Shown: positions 39,237 through 49,334, numbered from the stretch's first letter. The stretch: DNA of 64,000 nt from Bacteroidota bacterium (GCA_023429375.1 JAEYVY010000022.1:63848-127847); one strand, 5' to 3'. The notes: generated from the letters alone by a model not told the origin. Made by a program: numbers and translations.

Positions 39237-40136
39237 TCAAATTTCAGGAAGAAAAGGTGGATTGTTCTCCATACAATGGAGGACGTCTGCTATTGTTCCT
39301 TTGAACGGCCCCGAAGCCTCAATCTTCAATGTAGACATAGCTGCTGCGAAACGACCGGAATCTTCGATGCCTTTACCCTTGGCACGGCAATATAAATAAC
39401 CTGTCATGTATGTATCACCACAACCCGTAGCATCAACCACTTCTTTAGGGCGGAATGCCGGTATACGGGTAAATGTTTCTCCATCATAGATGACCGAACC
39501 CATTGAGCCCAGCGTAATAAGTACTTCTTTAACTCCCCAGCTATAAAGTTGTTTAGCAGCTTCTTTGATATCTGTGCTGCCTGTTAGCACTTCCATCTCA
39601 TGTTCGTTTACTTTGAGATAGTGGATATGCTTAAGCGCATCCAACTTTTCGGGCCAATCAACGGCAAATACTTTTTTGTCTCTTACTTCACGCAGGTAAC
39701 CTTGCGAATCGACCGAAACTTTCCCCTTTCCGGCTAAGTAACGGATTACTTCAGTAGAGAAATCATCTGCCAGCAAGGAGCCTAAGTGGAAGATTTCTGC
39801 TTCAATGTTCTGCAAGAAATCGATGGTGAAAGGATCGGCTTTAGCTAAAACTCGCTGTTTACGGTTGTCCTGATTCTCGCCGTAGATGTTTTCAAAATAC
39901 ACAGAGTTTGCACTTGGCATCACGTCGACATTTACCTGTAACTGACGTAAATTTTCAACGACGTTCATTTCTGATTCAGCCAGAGCGGTAGCCAGCTTAA
40001 AGTCGATATCCGGAAATTGCCTGATAGCATGTGAGAAATAGTAGGAAGTTCCTCCTGGCATATGGACAGTATCACGTGGCGTTACTATTTTATCCAGCGT
40101 AATATGACCTATACAACAAAGTTCATGTTTCTTCAT
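39237..40136 (-). CDS. PfkB-family carbohydrate/nucleoside kinase
   Basis: Ribokinase-like fold pattern and C-terminal anion-hole motif DATGCGDTY. Confidence 0.85.
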   Translation of the reverse strand: MKKHELCCIGHITLDKIVTPRDTVHMPGGTSYYFSHAIRQFPDIDFKLATALAESEMNVVENLRQLQVNVDVMPSANSVYFENIYGENQDNRKQRVLAKADPFTIDFLQNIEAEIFHLGSLLADDFSTEVIRYLAGKGKVSVDSQGYLREVRDKKVFAVDWPEKLDALKHIHYLKVNEHEMEVLTGSTDIKEAAKQLYSWGVKEVLITLGSMGSVIYDGETFTRIPAFRPKEVVDATGCGDTYMTGYLYCRAKGKGIEDSGRFAAAMSTLKIEASGPFKGTIADVLHCMENNPPFLPEI

Positions 40137-40226
40137 TCCTGTAAAATATTTTCAATGGGTGCGAAAATACTAAAAAAGATACGAACCGTTCTATATGAAC
40201 ATAAACTAATTATCAGCAAAACGTTG

Positions 40227-40234
40227 TATCTTTG
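40227..40234 (+). promoter_or_regulatory. -7-type promoter box TATCTTTG upstream of the amino-acid permease
   Basis: TAnnTTTG match, 38 nt before the putative TTG start at 40273. Confidence 0.4.
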
Positions 40235-40272
40235 TTTCTTCCCTTTAAATACGTTATTTATATTCATTTGTT

Positions 40273-41685
40273 TTGGAAGAAAAGAGATTAAAGAGAGGCT
40301 TGACTAATCGGCATATTCAGCTGATAGCTTTAGGTGGGGCAATCGGGACCGGTTTGTTTTTAGGAATAGGTCCTGCAGCTGTGATGGCAGGTCCTGCAGT
40401 GATTTTTGGTTATGCTATAGCAGGAGTTGTTGCGTTTCTGATTATGCGCCAATTGGGCGAAATGGTTGTCGAAGAACCCGTGTCGGGCAGCTTCAGTCAT
40501 TTTGCTTACAAATATTGGGGGGCGTTCCCGGGCTTTGCTTCAGGCTGGAACTATTGGATACTTTATATATTAGTGAGTATGGCCGAGTTGACAGCTATTG
40601 GTACCTATGTACAATTCTGGTGGCCGCATATTCCTTTGTGGGCATCCAGTTTATTTTTCTTCGTGGTCATCAATTTGCTTAATCTTTCGACAGTAAAAAT
40701 ATACGGCGAGGCCGAATTCTGGTTTTCAATAATCAAAGTTATAGCCATCATCGCCATGATCTTGTTTGGGACCTATTTACTTATCAGTGGTACCGCAGGT
40801 GAAGGGGTAAGTGTCTCAAATATATGGAATGACGGAGGAGTATTTCCCAAAGGCTTCTTTGGTTCTGACGGATCAGGAGGGTACGAAGGATTACTTGCTT
40901 CGCTAGCCATCATTATGTTCTCTTTTGGTGGATTGGAATTGATTGGTATTACTGCGGCTGAAGCTGAAAATCCCGAGAAAACTATACCCAGAGCAACCAA
41001 TCAGGTGATATATCGTATTTTAATATTTTATGTCGGTGCCTTGATTATCTTGTTTTCGCTTTCTCCCTGGCGCTCAATTACAGAAGGCAGCAGCCCATTC
41101 GTTGCCGTGTTCAGCACCCTGAAGGGGTTTGAGTTTACCTTGTTGGGGCGAACCTTTTTCGCAACGGATATCATTGCCCATGTATTAAATATTGTGGTAC
41201 TAACGGCAGCCCTTTCTGTATATAACAGCAGTGTTTACAGTAATAGCCGTATGCTTTATGGGTTAGCCATACAACGTAATGCACCCCGTTTTCTAAGTAA
41301 GCTCAACCGACATCATGTACCTGTAGCAGCTATCGGAGTTTCTGCCGTATTTGCTGCTGTCTGCGTAATCATCAACAAGGTAATGCCTGAAGATGCATTG
41401 GAATATTTGATGTCTCTTGTGGTATCTGCGCTCATCATTAATTGGATTATGATTAGCGTTACGCATATTTTCTTCCGTAAAGCGAAGTTTGCTGAAGGTG
41501 TTGGTAAATCAAAGTTCCCTGCACTTTGGTATCCTATTGGCAACTACCTGTGTTTGTTTTTCCTCATCGGAATTCTGGTCATCATGTGGATTACAGGTAT
41601 GGATCTTTCGGTGAAGTTGATACCTGTCTGGTTATTGATGCTATATGCTAGTTATCTGGTACTCCAACGTAAAAGAAAAAGCTGA
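40273..41685 (+). CDS. APC-family amino acid permease (AroP/AnsP/ProY-like)
   Basis: LKRGLTNRHIQLIALGGAIGTGLFLG signature and 12 TM helices. There is no in-frame ATG upstream of this conserved motif, so a TTG start (40273) is inferred. Confidence 0.88.
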   Translation: MEEKRLKRGLTNRHIQLIALGGAIGTGLFLGIGPAAVMAGPAVIFGYAIAGVVAFLIMRQLGEMVVEEPVSGSFSHFAYKYWGAFPGFASGWNYWILYILVSMAELTAIGTYVQFWWPHIPLWASSLFFFVVINLLNLSTVKIYGEAEFWFSIIKVIAIIAMILFGTYLLISGTAGEGVSVSNIWNDGGVFPKGFFGSDGSGGYEGLLASLAIIMFSFGGLELIGITAAEAENPEKTIPRATNQVIYRILIFYVGALIILFSLSPWRSITEGSSPFVAVFSTLKGFEFTLLGRTFFATDIIAHVLNIVVLTAALSVYNSSVYSNSRMLYGLAIQRNAPRFLSKLNRHHVPVAAIGVSAVFAAVCVIINKVMPEDALEYLMSLVVSALIINWIMISVTHIFFRKAKFAEGVGKSKFPALWYPIGNYLCLFFLIGILVIMWITGMDLSVKLIPVWLLMLYASYLVLQRKRKS

Positions 41686-41693
41686 TTTATCAC

Positions 41694-41701
41694 TACCTTT
41701 G
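41694..41701 (+). promoter_or_regulatory. -7-type box TACCTTTG just upstream of the ABC permease gene
   Basis: Exact TAnnTTTG match only 6 nt before ATG 41708. This implies a near-leaderless mRNA or a more internal start, hence low confidence. Confidence 0.3.
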
Positions 41702-41707
41702 TAGACG

Positions 41708-42748
41708 ATGATATTTATCCGGAAGAAAAAGAACATATTGATATTATTGACGGCGCTTCTCGTTGTGTTGTTTGTTGCCAGCCTAGCATACGGTTCTGTA
41801 TCAATACCGTTAGGTGCAGTATGGAGTATCCTTACCGGTGGGGAGGCAGAACGAGCAGCCTGGGAGCATATCTTGTTGCAGTCTCGTTTGCCTCAGGCAT
41901 GTACCGCCATGTTGGCAGGTGCAGCCTTGGCTGTAAGTGGGCTTTTGCTACAAACCTTGTTTAAAAATCCGTTAGCTGGTCCTTCGATATTAGGTATTAC
42001 CGATGGCGCCAATCTAGGTGTGGCTGCTGTGATGCTCTATTTCGGAAGTTCTATCGGGCAGATGAGCGGATTTGCTATGAATTCTTATCTTACGGTTGTT
42101 CTCGCTGCTTTTATAGGAGCCAGTTTGGTTTTAGGTATTATCATTTACTTTTCTTCGAAAGTTAAGAGTAATGTAATCTTACTTATTATAGGTATTATGG
42201 TGGGGTATCTGGTTTCATCGTTGATTTCGATTCTGAACTATTATGCCTCGGCCGACCGAATTCATGCTTTTGTGATGTGGGGGTTGGGTAATTTTTCCGG
42301 CGTATCTCGTGAGCAGCTACCCTATTTTGCAATCTTTACAATCAGTGGATTATTCGTTGCCTTGCTGCTGATTAAACCGTTGAATGCCCTTTTGCTGGGA
42401 GAGATGTATGCCGCAAACTTAGGAGTAAAGATTAAACGAACGCGCTTTCTGATTTTGTTTTGTACCGGATTGCTTGCAGCGTCGACGACAGCTTTTTGTG
42501 GGCCGATTTCGTTTATAGGCTTAGCTGTTCCACATATTGCCCGTCTGATGTTGGGCACATCCAATCATAATTACCTTTTACCGGTAACGCTGATTACAGG
42601 ATCTTGTGTTGCTTTGCTCTGTACGCTGTTGATGGTCGTTCCCGGTAGTGATACGATTCTACCACTTAATGCGGTAACCCCTTTACTAGGTGCACCAGTA
42701 ATCATTTATGTATTGTTGAATCGAAAATCCATTCAATACTTTAACTGA
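41708..42748 (+). CDS. FecCD/BtuC-type ABC importer permease (iron-siderophore/cobalamin class)
   Basis: FecCD family pattern (RLPQACTAMLAGAALAVSGLLLQ, GPISFIGLAVPHIAR) and about 9-10 TM helices. Confidence 0.9.
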   Translation: MIFIRKKKNILILLTALLVVLFVASLAYGSVSIPLGAVWSILTGGEAERAAWEHILLQSRLPQACTAMLAGAALAVSGLLLQTLFKNPLAGPSILGITDGANLGVAAVMLYFGSSIGQMSGFAMNSYLTVVLAAFIGASLVLGIIIYFSSKVKSNVILLIIGIMVGYLVSSLISILNYYASADRIHAFVMWGLGNFSGVSREQLPYFAIFTISGLFVALLLIKPLNALLLGEMYAANLGVKIKRTRFLILFCTGLLAASTTAFCGPISFIGLAVPHIARLMLGTSNHNYLLPVTLITGSCVALLCTLLMVVPGSDTILPLNAVTPLLGAPVIIYVLLNRKSIQYFN

Positions 42749-43785
42749 TGGCAGACTATAGGCTCCCCGTAATTGAGACAAAAGACCTGAGTATAGGCTA
42801 TACCCTAAAGGGGGGTAGGCAAAAGGTAGTGCATAGTGGATTGAATCTGCGACTGTTTGCCGGAGAAGTGACATGCTTGCTTGGCTTGAATGGAGCTGGC
42901 AAATCCACTCTTTTACGAACACTTTGCGGATTTCAAAAAGCCCTTTCGGGACAAGTCTTTTTACAAGGGAGACCGCTTCGCGACTTTTCGCAATTGGATT
43001 TCTCCCTGGCTGTAGGTGTTGTGCTAACGGAAAAGACAAATGCCGGAGGAATAACAGCCTACGAGTTGGTCTCATTGGGAAGGCATCCCTATACGGGTTT
43101 TTTCGGCAGACTGAGTCAGGAAGATCATCGGATAATTGAGGAATCACTTGTTTCGGCAGGCATTGCCCATAAAGCCCAAAGCCGAATTGCGGAACTGAGC
43201 GACGGTGAAAAGCAAAAGGTAATGATTGCGAAAGTACTTGCTCAACAATGCCCAATTATCTTGTTGGATGAACCAACGGCCTTCTTGGATGTTACAAGTA
43301 GGATAGAGACGATGGTCTTATTGCGTAAGCTGGCTGTCGAACAAAACAAAGCGATTCTGTTGTCGACTCATGATATGGATATGGCTATACAGATGGGAGA
43401 TTGCTTTTGGCTATTAGATAAGCAACGAACCGTTGCGTGTGGGGTTCCTGAAGATTTAATTCTTAATGGGACATTTGGGTCGTATTTCGAAAAGGATGGA
43501 ATACTTTTTGATGCATCGACCGGTAAATTGAATACAGAAATCCCATCTGTAAGTGTGGGGGTAGAAGGAGATTTTATCACTTCTTATTGGGTAGGGAATG
43601 CATTATTAAGAAATGGTTTTCGTCCGGCAGAGATAAACGAAAACCGTATTTCAGTCATATGTCATTCACCTTCTGCGATACAGATAAAATATCCTGGAGG
43701 AGACGAAGAAATAGCTTCAACTGTATTTGAAATGATACAGCTAATCAAAACTAATAAAAACAAAAATGAACGAAATAACTTATAA
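42748..43785 (+). CDS. ABC transporter ATP-binding protein with ~90-aa C-terminal extension
   Basis: Walker A GLNGAGKSTLL, signature LSDGEKQKV and Walker B ILLDEP. The start overlaps the permease stop by 1 nt. Residues ~256-345 match no domain I recognise. Confidence 0.9.
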   Translation: MADYRLPVIETKDLSIGYTLKGGRQKVVHSGLNLRLFAGEVTCLLGLNGAGKSTLLRTLCGFQKALSGQVFLQGRPLRDFSQLDFSLAVGVVLTEKTNAGGITAYELVSLGRHPYTGFFGRLSQEDHRIIEESLVSAGIAHKAQSRIAELSDGEKQKVMIAKVLAQQCPIILLDEPTAFLDVTSRIETMVLLRKLAVEQNKAILLSTHDMDMAIQMGDCFWLLDKQRTVACGVPEDLILNGTFGSYFEKDGILFDASTGKLNTEIPSVSVGVEGDFITSYWVGNALLRNGFRPAEINENRISVICHSPSAIQIKYPGGDEEIASTVFEMIQLIKTNKNKNERNNL

Positions 43786-45115
43786 GTTAGGTAATCAGAA
43801 AATAGCTCCATTACTATTGAGTTATGCTATACCTGCCGTAATCGGGACGATGGTTAATGCTTTGCATCATATTGTCAATCGTATTTTCATTGGGCAAGCA
43901 GTAGGAGCGTTGGCCATTTCAGGACTAACACTTACTTTCCCAATTCTGATGTTTTTACAAGCTTTTGGTATGCTTGTGGGAGCCGGTTCGGCAACAAGAG
44001 TCTCTATTTTTTTAGGTAGAAAAGAGAATGGAATGGCAGAAAATGTATTGGGAAATGCATTGACTCTAACTTTTATACTCTCTGTTCTGACCATTGTACC
44101 CAGTTTGATTTTTATGGAAGATGTGCTTCTTTTATTTGGAGGAAGCGAACAGACCATGCCATATGCTAAAGAATATTTGTACATTTCAATCCCTGGAAAT
44201 ATACTGGCATCCTTAAGTTTTGGATTCAACGCCATCATGCGTGCATCAGGATATCCTCGCAAGGCAATGTCATATATGGTATTAGGAGGCGTGTTGAATG
44301 CCATGTTAGATGGTCTTTTCATCTTTGGTCTTGGTTGGGGTATTCAAGGTGCTGCCTGGTCTACCATTATTGCAATGAGCGTTACTTCTATATTGGTTCT
44401 CAGACATTTCTGTAATGATGAAAGTATAATTCGATTTAAGAAAAAGAACTTCCCCCCCAATAAACGCATAATCTGGAGTATTTTCTCCATAGGTATGTCT
44501 CCTTTTGCTATGCAATTAGCCGGAAGTATGGTCAATGTGATTATGAATCAATCGTTGAAACAGTATGGTGGCGACTTAGCTATCGGAGCAAATGGAATTA
44601 TCAGCAGTATTGGACTTTTGCTTGTCATGCTCATCATGGGTATCACCCAAGGTATGCAGCCGATTGTAGGATTTAACTATGGTGCAGGCAATCGTGCAAG
44701 GGTAAAAGAAACGTTCCGTTTTGTTGTAATAGCAGCAACTATCATTACATCAATCGGTGCTTCCTGCAGTATCCTTTTCCCGGGTTTAATAGCCCGTGCA
44801 TTTACTGCTGATCAAGAATTACTCGGTATATCGTCAAATGGACTTCGTATCTGCCTTGCGGCTTTCTTTGTTGTAGGCTCACAGATTGTGATTAGTCAAT
44901 TTTTCCAAAGTATTGGGATTGCTTGGAAGGCGATGTTTCTCAGTTTGAGTCGTCAATGTCTTTATCTTATTCCGGCGATTCTGTTTTTCCCGAATTTCTT
45001 TCAATTGAACGGAGTGTGGTTTGCCTGTCCTTTTTCTGATATCTTAGCTGCCATTACGGCTTGGTTATTCTTGTGGTACCACTTGAAATACCAATTGAAG
45101 GAAAATATAGTATGA
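43766..45115 (+). CDS. MATE-family efflux transporter
   Basis: 12-TM protein with an N-terminal LLLSYAIPAVIGTMVNALHHIVNRIFIGQ pattern typical of MatE. The start overlaps the upstream gene by 20 nt. Confidence 0.9.
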   Translation: MNEITYKLGNQKIAPLLLSYAIPAVIGTMVNALHHIVNRIFIGQAVGALAISGLTLTFPILMFLQAFGMLVGAGSATRVSIFLGRKENGMAENVLGNALTLTFILSVLTIVPSLIFMEDVLLLFGGSEQTMPYAKEYLYISIPGNILASLSFGFNAIMRASGYPRKAMSYMVLGGVLNAMLDGLFIFGLGWGIQGAAWSTIIAMSVTSILVLRHFCNDESIIRFKKKNFPPNKRIIWSIFSIGMSPFAMQLAGSMVNVIMNQSLKQYGGDLAIGANGIISSIGLLLVMLIMGITQGMQPIVGFNYGAGNRARVKETFRFVVIAATIITSIGASCSILFPGLIARAFTADQELLGISSNGLRICLAAFFVVGSQIVISQFFQSIGIAWKAMFLSLSRQCLYLIPAILFFPNFFQLNGVWFACPFSDILAAITAWLFLWYHLKYQLKENIV

Positions 45116-45117
45116 GT

Positions 45118-46341
45118 TTATTCTATCCATCTTTTGCCTAAATAACGGACTGAGTACCATGCAGCAAGAAATCCGATAGATAAGACGGTGAATAGTACGA
45201 TGACTACATCCTGCAATTTGACCAATACAGGATAAGCGTCGATGATGAAAGCATTCGCTCCACCTCCGAACTTGAGCAAACCGAATTCTTGCTGTAGCAA
45301 ACAGAGCGTAACGCCAATGATTAAGCCGGCAATTCCTCCTATTCCGGAGATAAGCCAGCCCTCTACAAGAAATATCTTTCGGATAAGTTTATTGTCGGCA
45401 CCCAGATTACGTAGTGTACGTGCGTCGTTTTTCTTTTCAATCATCAGCATGGAAAGAGAGCCGACCACGTTAAACAAAGCAATAACCAATATGAAGCATA
45501 AGATGAGGAATATCATCCACTTTTCTACAGCCATCATTTTAAATGAGGCGGCTTGTTGTTCTTCTCTGTCATGCACATAGAACCCATCACCCAGGATACG
45601 GCTGATTTTCTCCTTGGTTAGCTCTAAATCGGCGTTATCTTTTAATTTAATCTCAAGCGCAGATACTTCGTTCTCGTAATGAAATAGGGTACGGGCAAGG
45701 TCGAGCGGTATAATCATGTAATTATCATCGTAGACCTGTTGGTTGATGCTAAAGACAGCAGCAATATAGGCATATCCAACATTAAAGGAAGAAGCGGGAT
45801 TTGACATATTTACTTTCTCATCCCGTTTGGGCACATAGAGCTCCATTGGCGTGATAAATCCGGGCTTTATGCCAAGATAGTAAGCCAAACCAATACCCGG
45901 AATCGCATAATCTACAACGTCTTCTTGAAGCTTGAATTCACCGTCGATTAAGGTTTTCTCTATATTAATCTGTTGGTTGTAGTTTTGATCCACTCCTTTT
46001 ACCACACCAACTACCTGTCTGTCGCTATATCTGATCAGTGCATTTTCCTGTAATACATGACTTACAATGGTAATTTCAGGAAGAGCATTCAGCTCATCCA
46101 TAAATTGGGAAGTTGGTATGAATACCTTTCCGGTCTTGGGTGTTACCTTTAGCTGGGGATCGAAATCACTAAATAAAGAAGCAATCAGGCTGCTGAATCC
46201 ATTCATGACGGATAAAACACAGACTAGCGCTATGGTTACGACCATTACACCGCAAACCGATACCATAGATATGATATTGATAGCGTTATGCGATTTCTTA
46301 GAGATAAGATAACGCTTCGCGATATGGAATGGGAGATTCAA
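45118..46341 (-). CDS. LolE/FtsX-like ABC transporter permease (MacB-type periplasmic domain)
   Basis: N-terminal FHIAKRYLISKKSH, a large periplasmic loop and a C-terminal FtsX 3-TM module. Confidence 0.88.
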   Translation of the reverse strand: MNLPFHIAKRYLISKKSHNAINIISMVSVCGVMVVTIALVCVLSVMNGFSSLIASLFSDFDPQLKVTPKTGKVFIPTSQFMDELNALPEITIVSHVLQENALIRYSDRQVVGVVKGVDQNYNQQINIEKTLIDGEFKLQEDVVDYAIPGIGLAYYLGIKPGFITPMELYVPKRDEKVNMSNPASSFNVGYAYIAAVFSINQQVYDDNYMIIPLDLARTLFHYENEVSALEIKLKDNADLELTKEKISRILGDGFYVHDREEQQAASFKMMAVEKWMIFLILCFILVIALFNVVGSLSMLMIEKKNDARTLRNLGADNKLIRKIFLVEGWLISGIGGIAGLIIGVTLCLLQQEFGLLKFGGGANAFIIDAYPVLVKLQDVVIVLFTVLSIGFLAAWYSVRYLGKRWIE

Positions 46342-46354
46342 GGTTGTAAGATAC

Positions 46355-46687
46355 TTATTTGAGCAACTTGTCTATTTTCTCGATATAATCAAGCGAATCA
46401 TCTATGAAGAAAGTCAGTTCAGGTATTTTACGTAGCTGCATACGAACGCGTTGTCCCAAGTCAAAGCGAATAGCTTTAGTATTTGCTCGTATAGCTTCCA
46501 TTAGTTCAGGTGCTTTTGCTGAAGGGAAGATGCTTAGATAGGCTTTAGCAATGCTAAGGTCGGGGCTTACACGAACGGCGCTGACCGAAACCAGAGTTCC
46601 ATGCATACCTTGTGTTTGTTTTTGAAATATGTCTCCTAATTCTTTTTGAATCAGTCTTTCTATTTTGCTTAGTCTTGTACTTTCCAT
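46355..46687 (-). CDS. rbfA: Ribosome-binding factor A
   Basis: 110-aa KH-like protein; R..K....IQKELGDIF and VRVSPDLS.AKAY motifs. Confidence 0.92.
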   Translation of the reverse strand: MESTRLSKIERLIQKELGDIFQKQTQGMHGTLVSVSAVRVSPDLSIAKAYLSIFPSAKAPELMEAIRANTKAIRFDLGQRVRMQLRKIPELTFFIDDSLDYIEKIDKLLK

Positions 46688-46694
46688 AACGTTG

Positions 46695-47330
46695 TTATTT
46701 TTTCCAGATTATCGTTAAACCATCACGAAGCGGGAGAATTACCTTTTCCACTCTTGCATCGTTCTTAATCTTATCATTAAATTCCAAAATGCCGATTGTC
46801 TGTTTGTCGGAAGCAAGCGGCTCTTCTAAAACTTTACCGTCCCATAGTGTGTTGTCTGCCAGGATAAGTCCTCCCTTACGCACTTTAGGGAATACAAGAT
46901 CGTAATAATCCGAATACAAACGTTTATCAGCATCAATAAATACCAAATCAAACTCCTCGTTTAGATTGGGTATTATGTCCATAGCATCACCAAAGTGGAC
47001 TTTTATTTTCTCCTTTTCAGGAGAACGAGACAGATACTTCATAATGAAATCTTCCATCTCGTCATTTATTTCTATTGTATGAATCAGGCCATCTTCGTTT
47101 AGTCCTTCCGCCATGCATAAGGTTGCATAGCCGGTATAGGTGCCTATTTCCAGAATACGCCGCGGCGTCAACATACGGCAGAACATTTTCAATATTCTGC
47201 CTTGTAGATGACCCGATAGCATTCTCGGGCGTAAAAGGTTTACGTTAGCATCACGGCATAAGGAAGTAAGCAGATCGCTTTCTTCATCTATGTGTGATAA
47301 AATATAGCCTTCTAGCGCCTCCTGATTCAT
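46695..47330 (-). CDS. Class I SAM-dependent O-methyltransferase (caffeoyl-CoA OMT-like)
   Basis: SAM motif ILEIGTYTGYATL and FIDADK metal/SAM region. The start overlaps the pyk stop by 4 nt. Confidence 0.88.
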   Translation of the reverse strand: MNQEALEGYILSHIDEESDLLTSLCRDANVNLLRPRMLSGHLQGRILKMFCRMLTPRRILEIGTYTGYATLCMAEGLNEDGLIHTIEINDEMEDFIMKYLSRSPEKEKIKVHFGDAMDIIPNLNEEFDLVFIDADKRLYSDYYDLVFPKVRKGGLILADNTLWDGKVLEEPLASDKQTIGILEFNDKIKNDARVEKVILPLRDGLTIIWKK

Positions 47331-48784
47331 TGTTGTTCGTTAAAGGTAGGTAGTGAATAGCTGTTTTGAGCATTCAAAACTTTGCCTACATTGTTGATTT
47401 CAAGGAATGATGTTCCTCCTCCTTCACCAAAGCTTCCGCTTAAGTAGGCAAACATATCGTTGCTAGTCAGACGGCCACTTTTCTTTAACTCATTCAACGC
47501 ATCGAAGAAATAGCCACGACGACTGTCTTTCCAAGGTTGGTAAACAGCCCACACGCCGTATGAGAGAGCAAGCAAACGCATTACTCGTTCATTGTAGCAT
47601 ATTGCATACACCGTAGGAGTACCACGGAAAGCAGCCAAATAGCGGGCAGTTCTTCCGGTAAAGCTATCTGTTACGATGGCTTTAACATGCAGTTTAGAAG
47701 AAGTCTTAACGGCTTGTTTTGCTAAGTAAGAAGTAACATCCAAGTCGTTGCCTTCGATAGGTACACGAATATCGTTGGCTGCTAATTTTGTCTTTTCAGC
47801 TTCACGAGCCACCTTCGTCATAGTCTGCACAGCTTCGAGCGGATATTTACCGTAAGCAGTTTCACCACTAAGCATCAATGCATCTGTACGATAATAGATT
47901 GCATTGGCGATATCGGTTACTTCGGCACGTGTAGGACGAGGGTTATTGATCATTGAGTGAAGCATCTGTGTAGCTACGATCACCGGTTTCTTAACTTCCA
48001 CACACTTACGGATAATCATACGTTGGATGCCAGGAATCTTTTCTGCCGGTACTTCGATTCCCAAGTCACCGCGGGCAATCATGATACCATAAGCAGCTTC
48101 CAAGATTTCATCGATATTATCAACACCTTCTTGATTTTCGATCTTAGCGATGATCTTGATTGGACTGTTGTGCTCATCCAAAATGCGTTGAATATCTAAT
48201 ACGTCTTGTTTGTTGCGAACGAAAGAGTGAGCTATGAAGTCAACATCGTTTTCAATACAGAATAGGATGTTCTTACGGTCTTTTTCTGTCAACGAAGGCA
48301 AGTTGATACGTACACCCGGCACATTCACACTTTTACGGCTACCCAATGTTGCATCGTTCAATACTTCACAAATCAAGTGGTCGGCATGTTTCTCGATTAC
48401 TCTCAAGTCCAGGTCTCCATCGTCAATCAACATCTCGCTACCAACGCTTATGTCGTTTACAAAGTTTTGGTATGAAACGCTGATGCATTCGTGAGTAGTT
48501 TCAATGTTAGGGTTACCTACCACTTTAACTAATTCTTTAGTCTTGAATTGGATAGGAGCCTTGGCGGTTGTCGTACGTACTTCCGGTCCTTTTGTATCCA
48601 CAAGGATAGCAATACGGTTAGAAACCGCACGAGTGTTATCTATTACGCGTCTAAATCCTTCTTCATTCATGTGTGCCGTGTTTAAACGCACGACATTCAT
48701 TCCGGCCTTATAAAGTGAATCGATAAAATCTACATCACAACGTTGGTCAGAAATAGTAGCAACAATCTTCGTATGCTTTAACAT
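47327..48784 (-). CDS. pyk: Pyruvate kinase
   Basis: TKIVATI, NVVRLNTAHM, DTKGPEVR, IIAKIENQEGV and MIARGDLGIEV motifs. Confidence 0.95.
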   Translation of the reverse strand: MLKHTKIVATISDQRCDVDFIDSLYKAGMNVVRLNTAHMNEEGFRRVIDNTRAVSNRIAILVDTKGPEVRTTTAKAPIQFKTKELVKVVGNPNIETTHECISVSYQNFVNDISVGSEMLIDDGDLDLRVIEKHADHLICEVLNDATLGSRKSVNVPGVRINLPSLTEKDRKNILFCIENDVDFIAHSFVRNKQDVLDIQRILDEHNSPIKIIAKIENQEGVDNIDEILEAAYGIMIARGDLGIEVPAEKIPGIQRMIIRKCVEVKKPVIVATQMLHSMINNPRPTRAEVTDIANAIYYRTDALMLSGETAYGKYPLEAVQTMTKVAREAEKTKLAANDIRVPIEGNDLDVTSYLAKQAVKTSSKLHVKAIVTDSFTGRTARYLAAFRGTPTVYAICYNERVMRLLALSYGVWAVYQPWKDSRRGYFFDALNELKKSGRLTSNDMFAYLSGSFGEGGGTSFLEINNVGKVLNAQNSYSLPTFNEQQ

Positions 48785-48844
48785 ATACCTTAATAAATTA
48801 ATCTATTGTTTATATATACCAAAAATATACCATCACCTTGTCTC

Positions 48845-49261
48845 TTACTGAAATGCCTCAAGGGCAAGGCGGTATGAATTCATTCCAAAGCCAAGGATCA
48901 CTCCTTTGCATGCGGCCGAGATGAGAGAAACATGACGAAAGGCTTCGCGGGCATGTACGTTAGAGATATGCACCTCGATTACCGGAGTTTCGACAGATTT
49001 GATTGCGTCATGCAGGGCGACAGATGTGTGCGTGTATGCTCCCGCATTAAGGATAATCCCATCGAAATCAAAGCCCACTTCGTGAATTTTGTTAATCAAC
49101 TCACCTTCAATGTTGCTTTGATAATAGTAAATTTCACAATCCGGGTATAAGCCACGCAATTCATTCAGATAAGCCTCAAATGAAGTGTTACCGTAGACTG
49201 TGGGTTCTCTTTTACCCAGCAGATTGAGGTTAGGCCCGTTAATAATCTGAATCTTCTTCAT
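48845..49261 (-). CDS. aroQ: Type II 3-dehydroquinate dehydratase
   Basis: INGPNLNLLGKREP...YG and HISNVHAREAFRH motifs. Confidence 0.95.
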   Translation of the reverse strand: MKKIQIINGPNLNLLGKREPTVYGNTSFEAYLNELRGLYPDCEIYYYQSNIEGELINKIHEVGFDFDGIILNAGAYTHTSVALHDAIKSVETPVIEVHISNVHAREAFRHVSLISAACKGVILGFGMNSYRLALEAFQ

Positions 49262-49283
49262 CTTTAAAGAAATGTAAGTTTAT

Positions 49284-49291
49284 TATCTTTG
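49284..49291 (+). promoter_or_regulatory. -7-type promoter box TATCTTTG upstream of xerD
   Basis: TAnnTTTG match, 84 nt before the xerD ATG. Divergent from the aroQ box. Confidence 0.35.
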
Positions 49292-49326
49292 TCTTAACCT
49301 ATCCGTGGTAAGGCAAAAATACGGCA

Positions 49327-49334
49327 CAAAGGTA
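49327..49334 (-). promoter_or_regulatory. -7-type promoter box TACCTTTG upstream of aroQ
   Basis: Exact TAnnTTTG match on the minus strand, 65 nt before the aroQ ATG. Confidence 0.4.

Noticed and set aside
42686-43255. 189-aa ORF antisense to the ABC ATPase gene; similar long shadow ORFs lie at 43867-44322, 24946-25419, 10924-11608, 18027-18440, 18947-19351, 36020-36892 and 57581-57982
   Set aside because: Each lies wholly inside a motif-complete gene on the opposite strand. They have low-complexity R/S/P/L-rich or Cys-rich translations with no recognisable motif. This is the usual antisense open-frame artefact of codon-biased genes.
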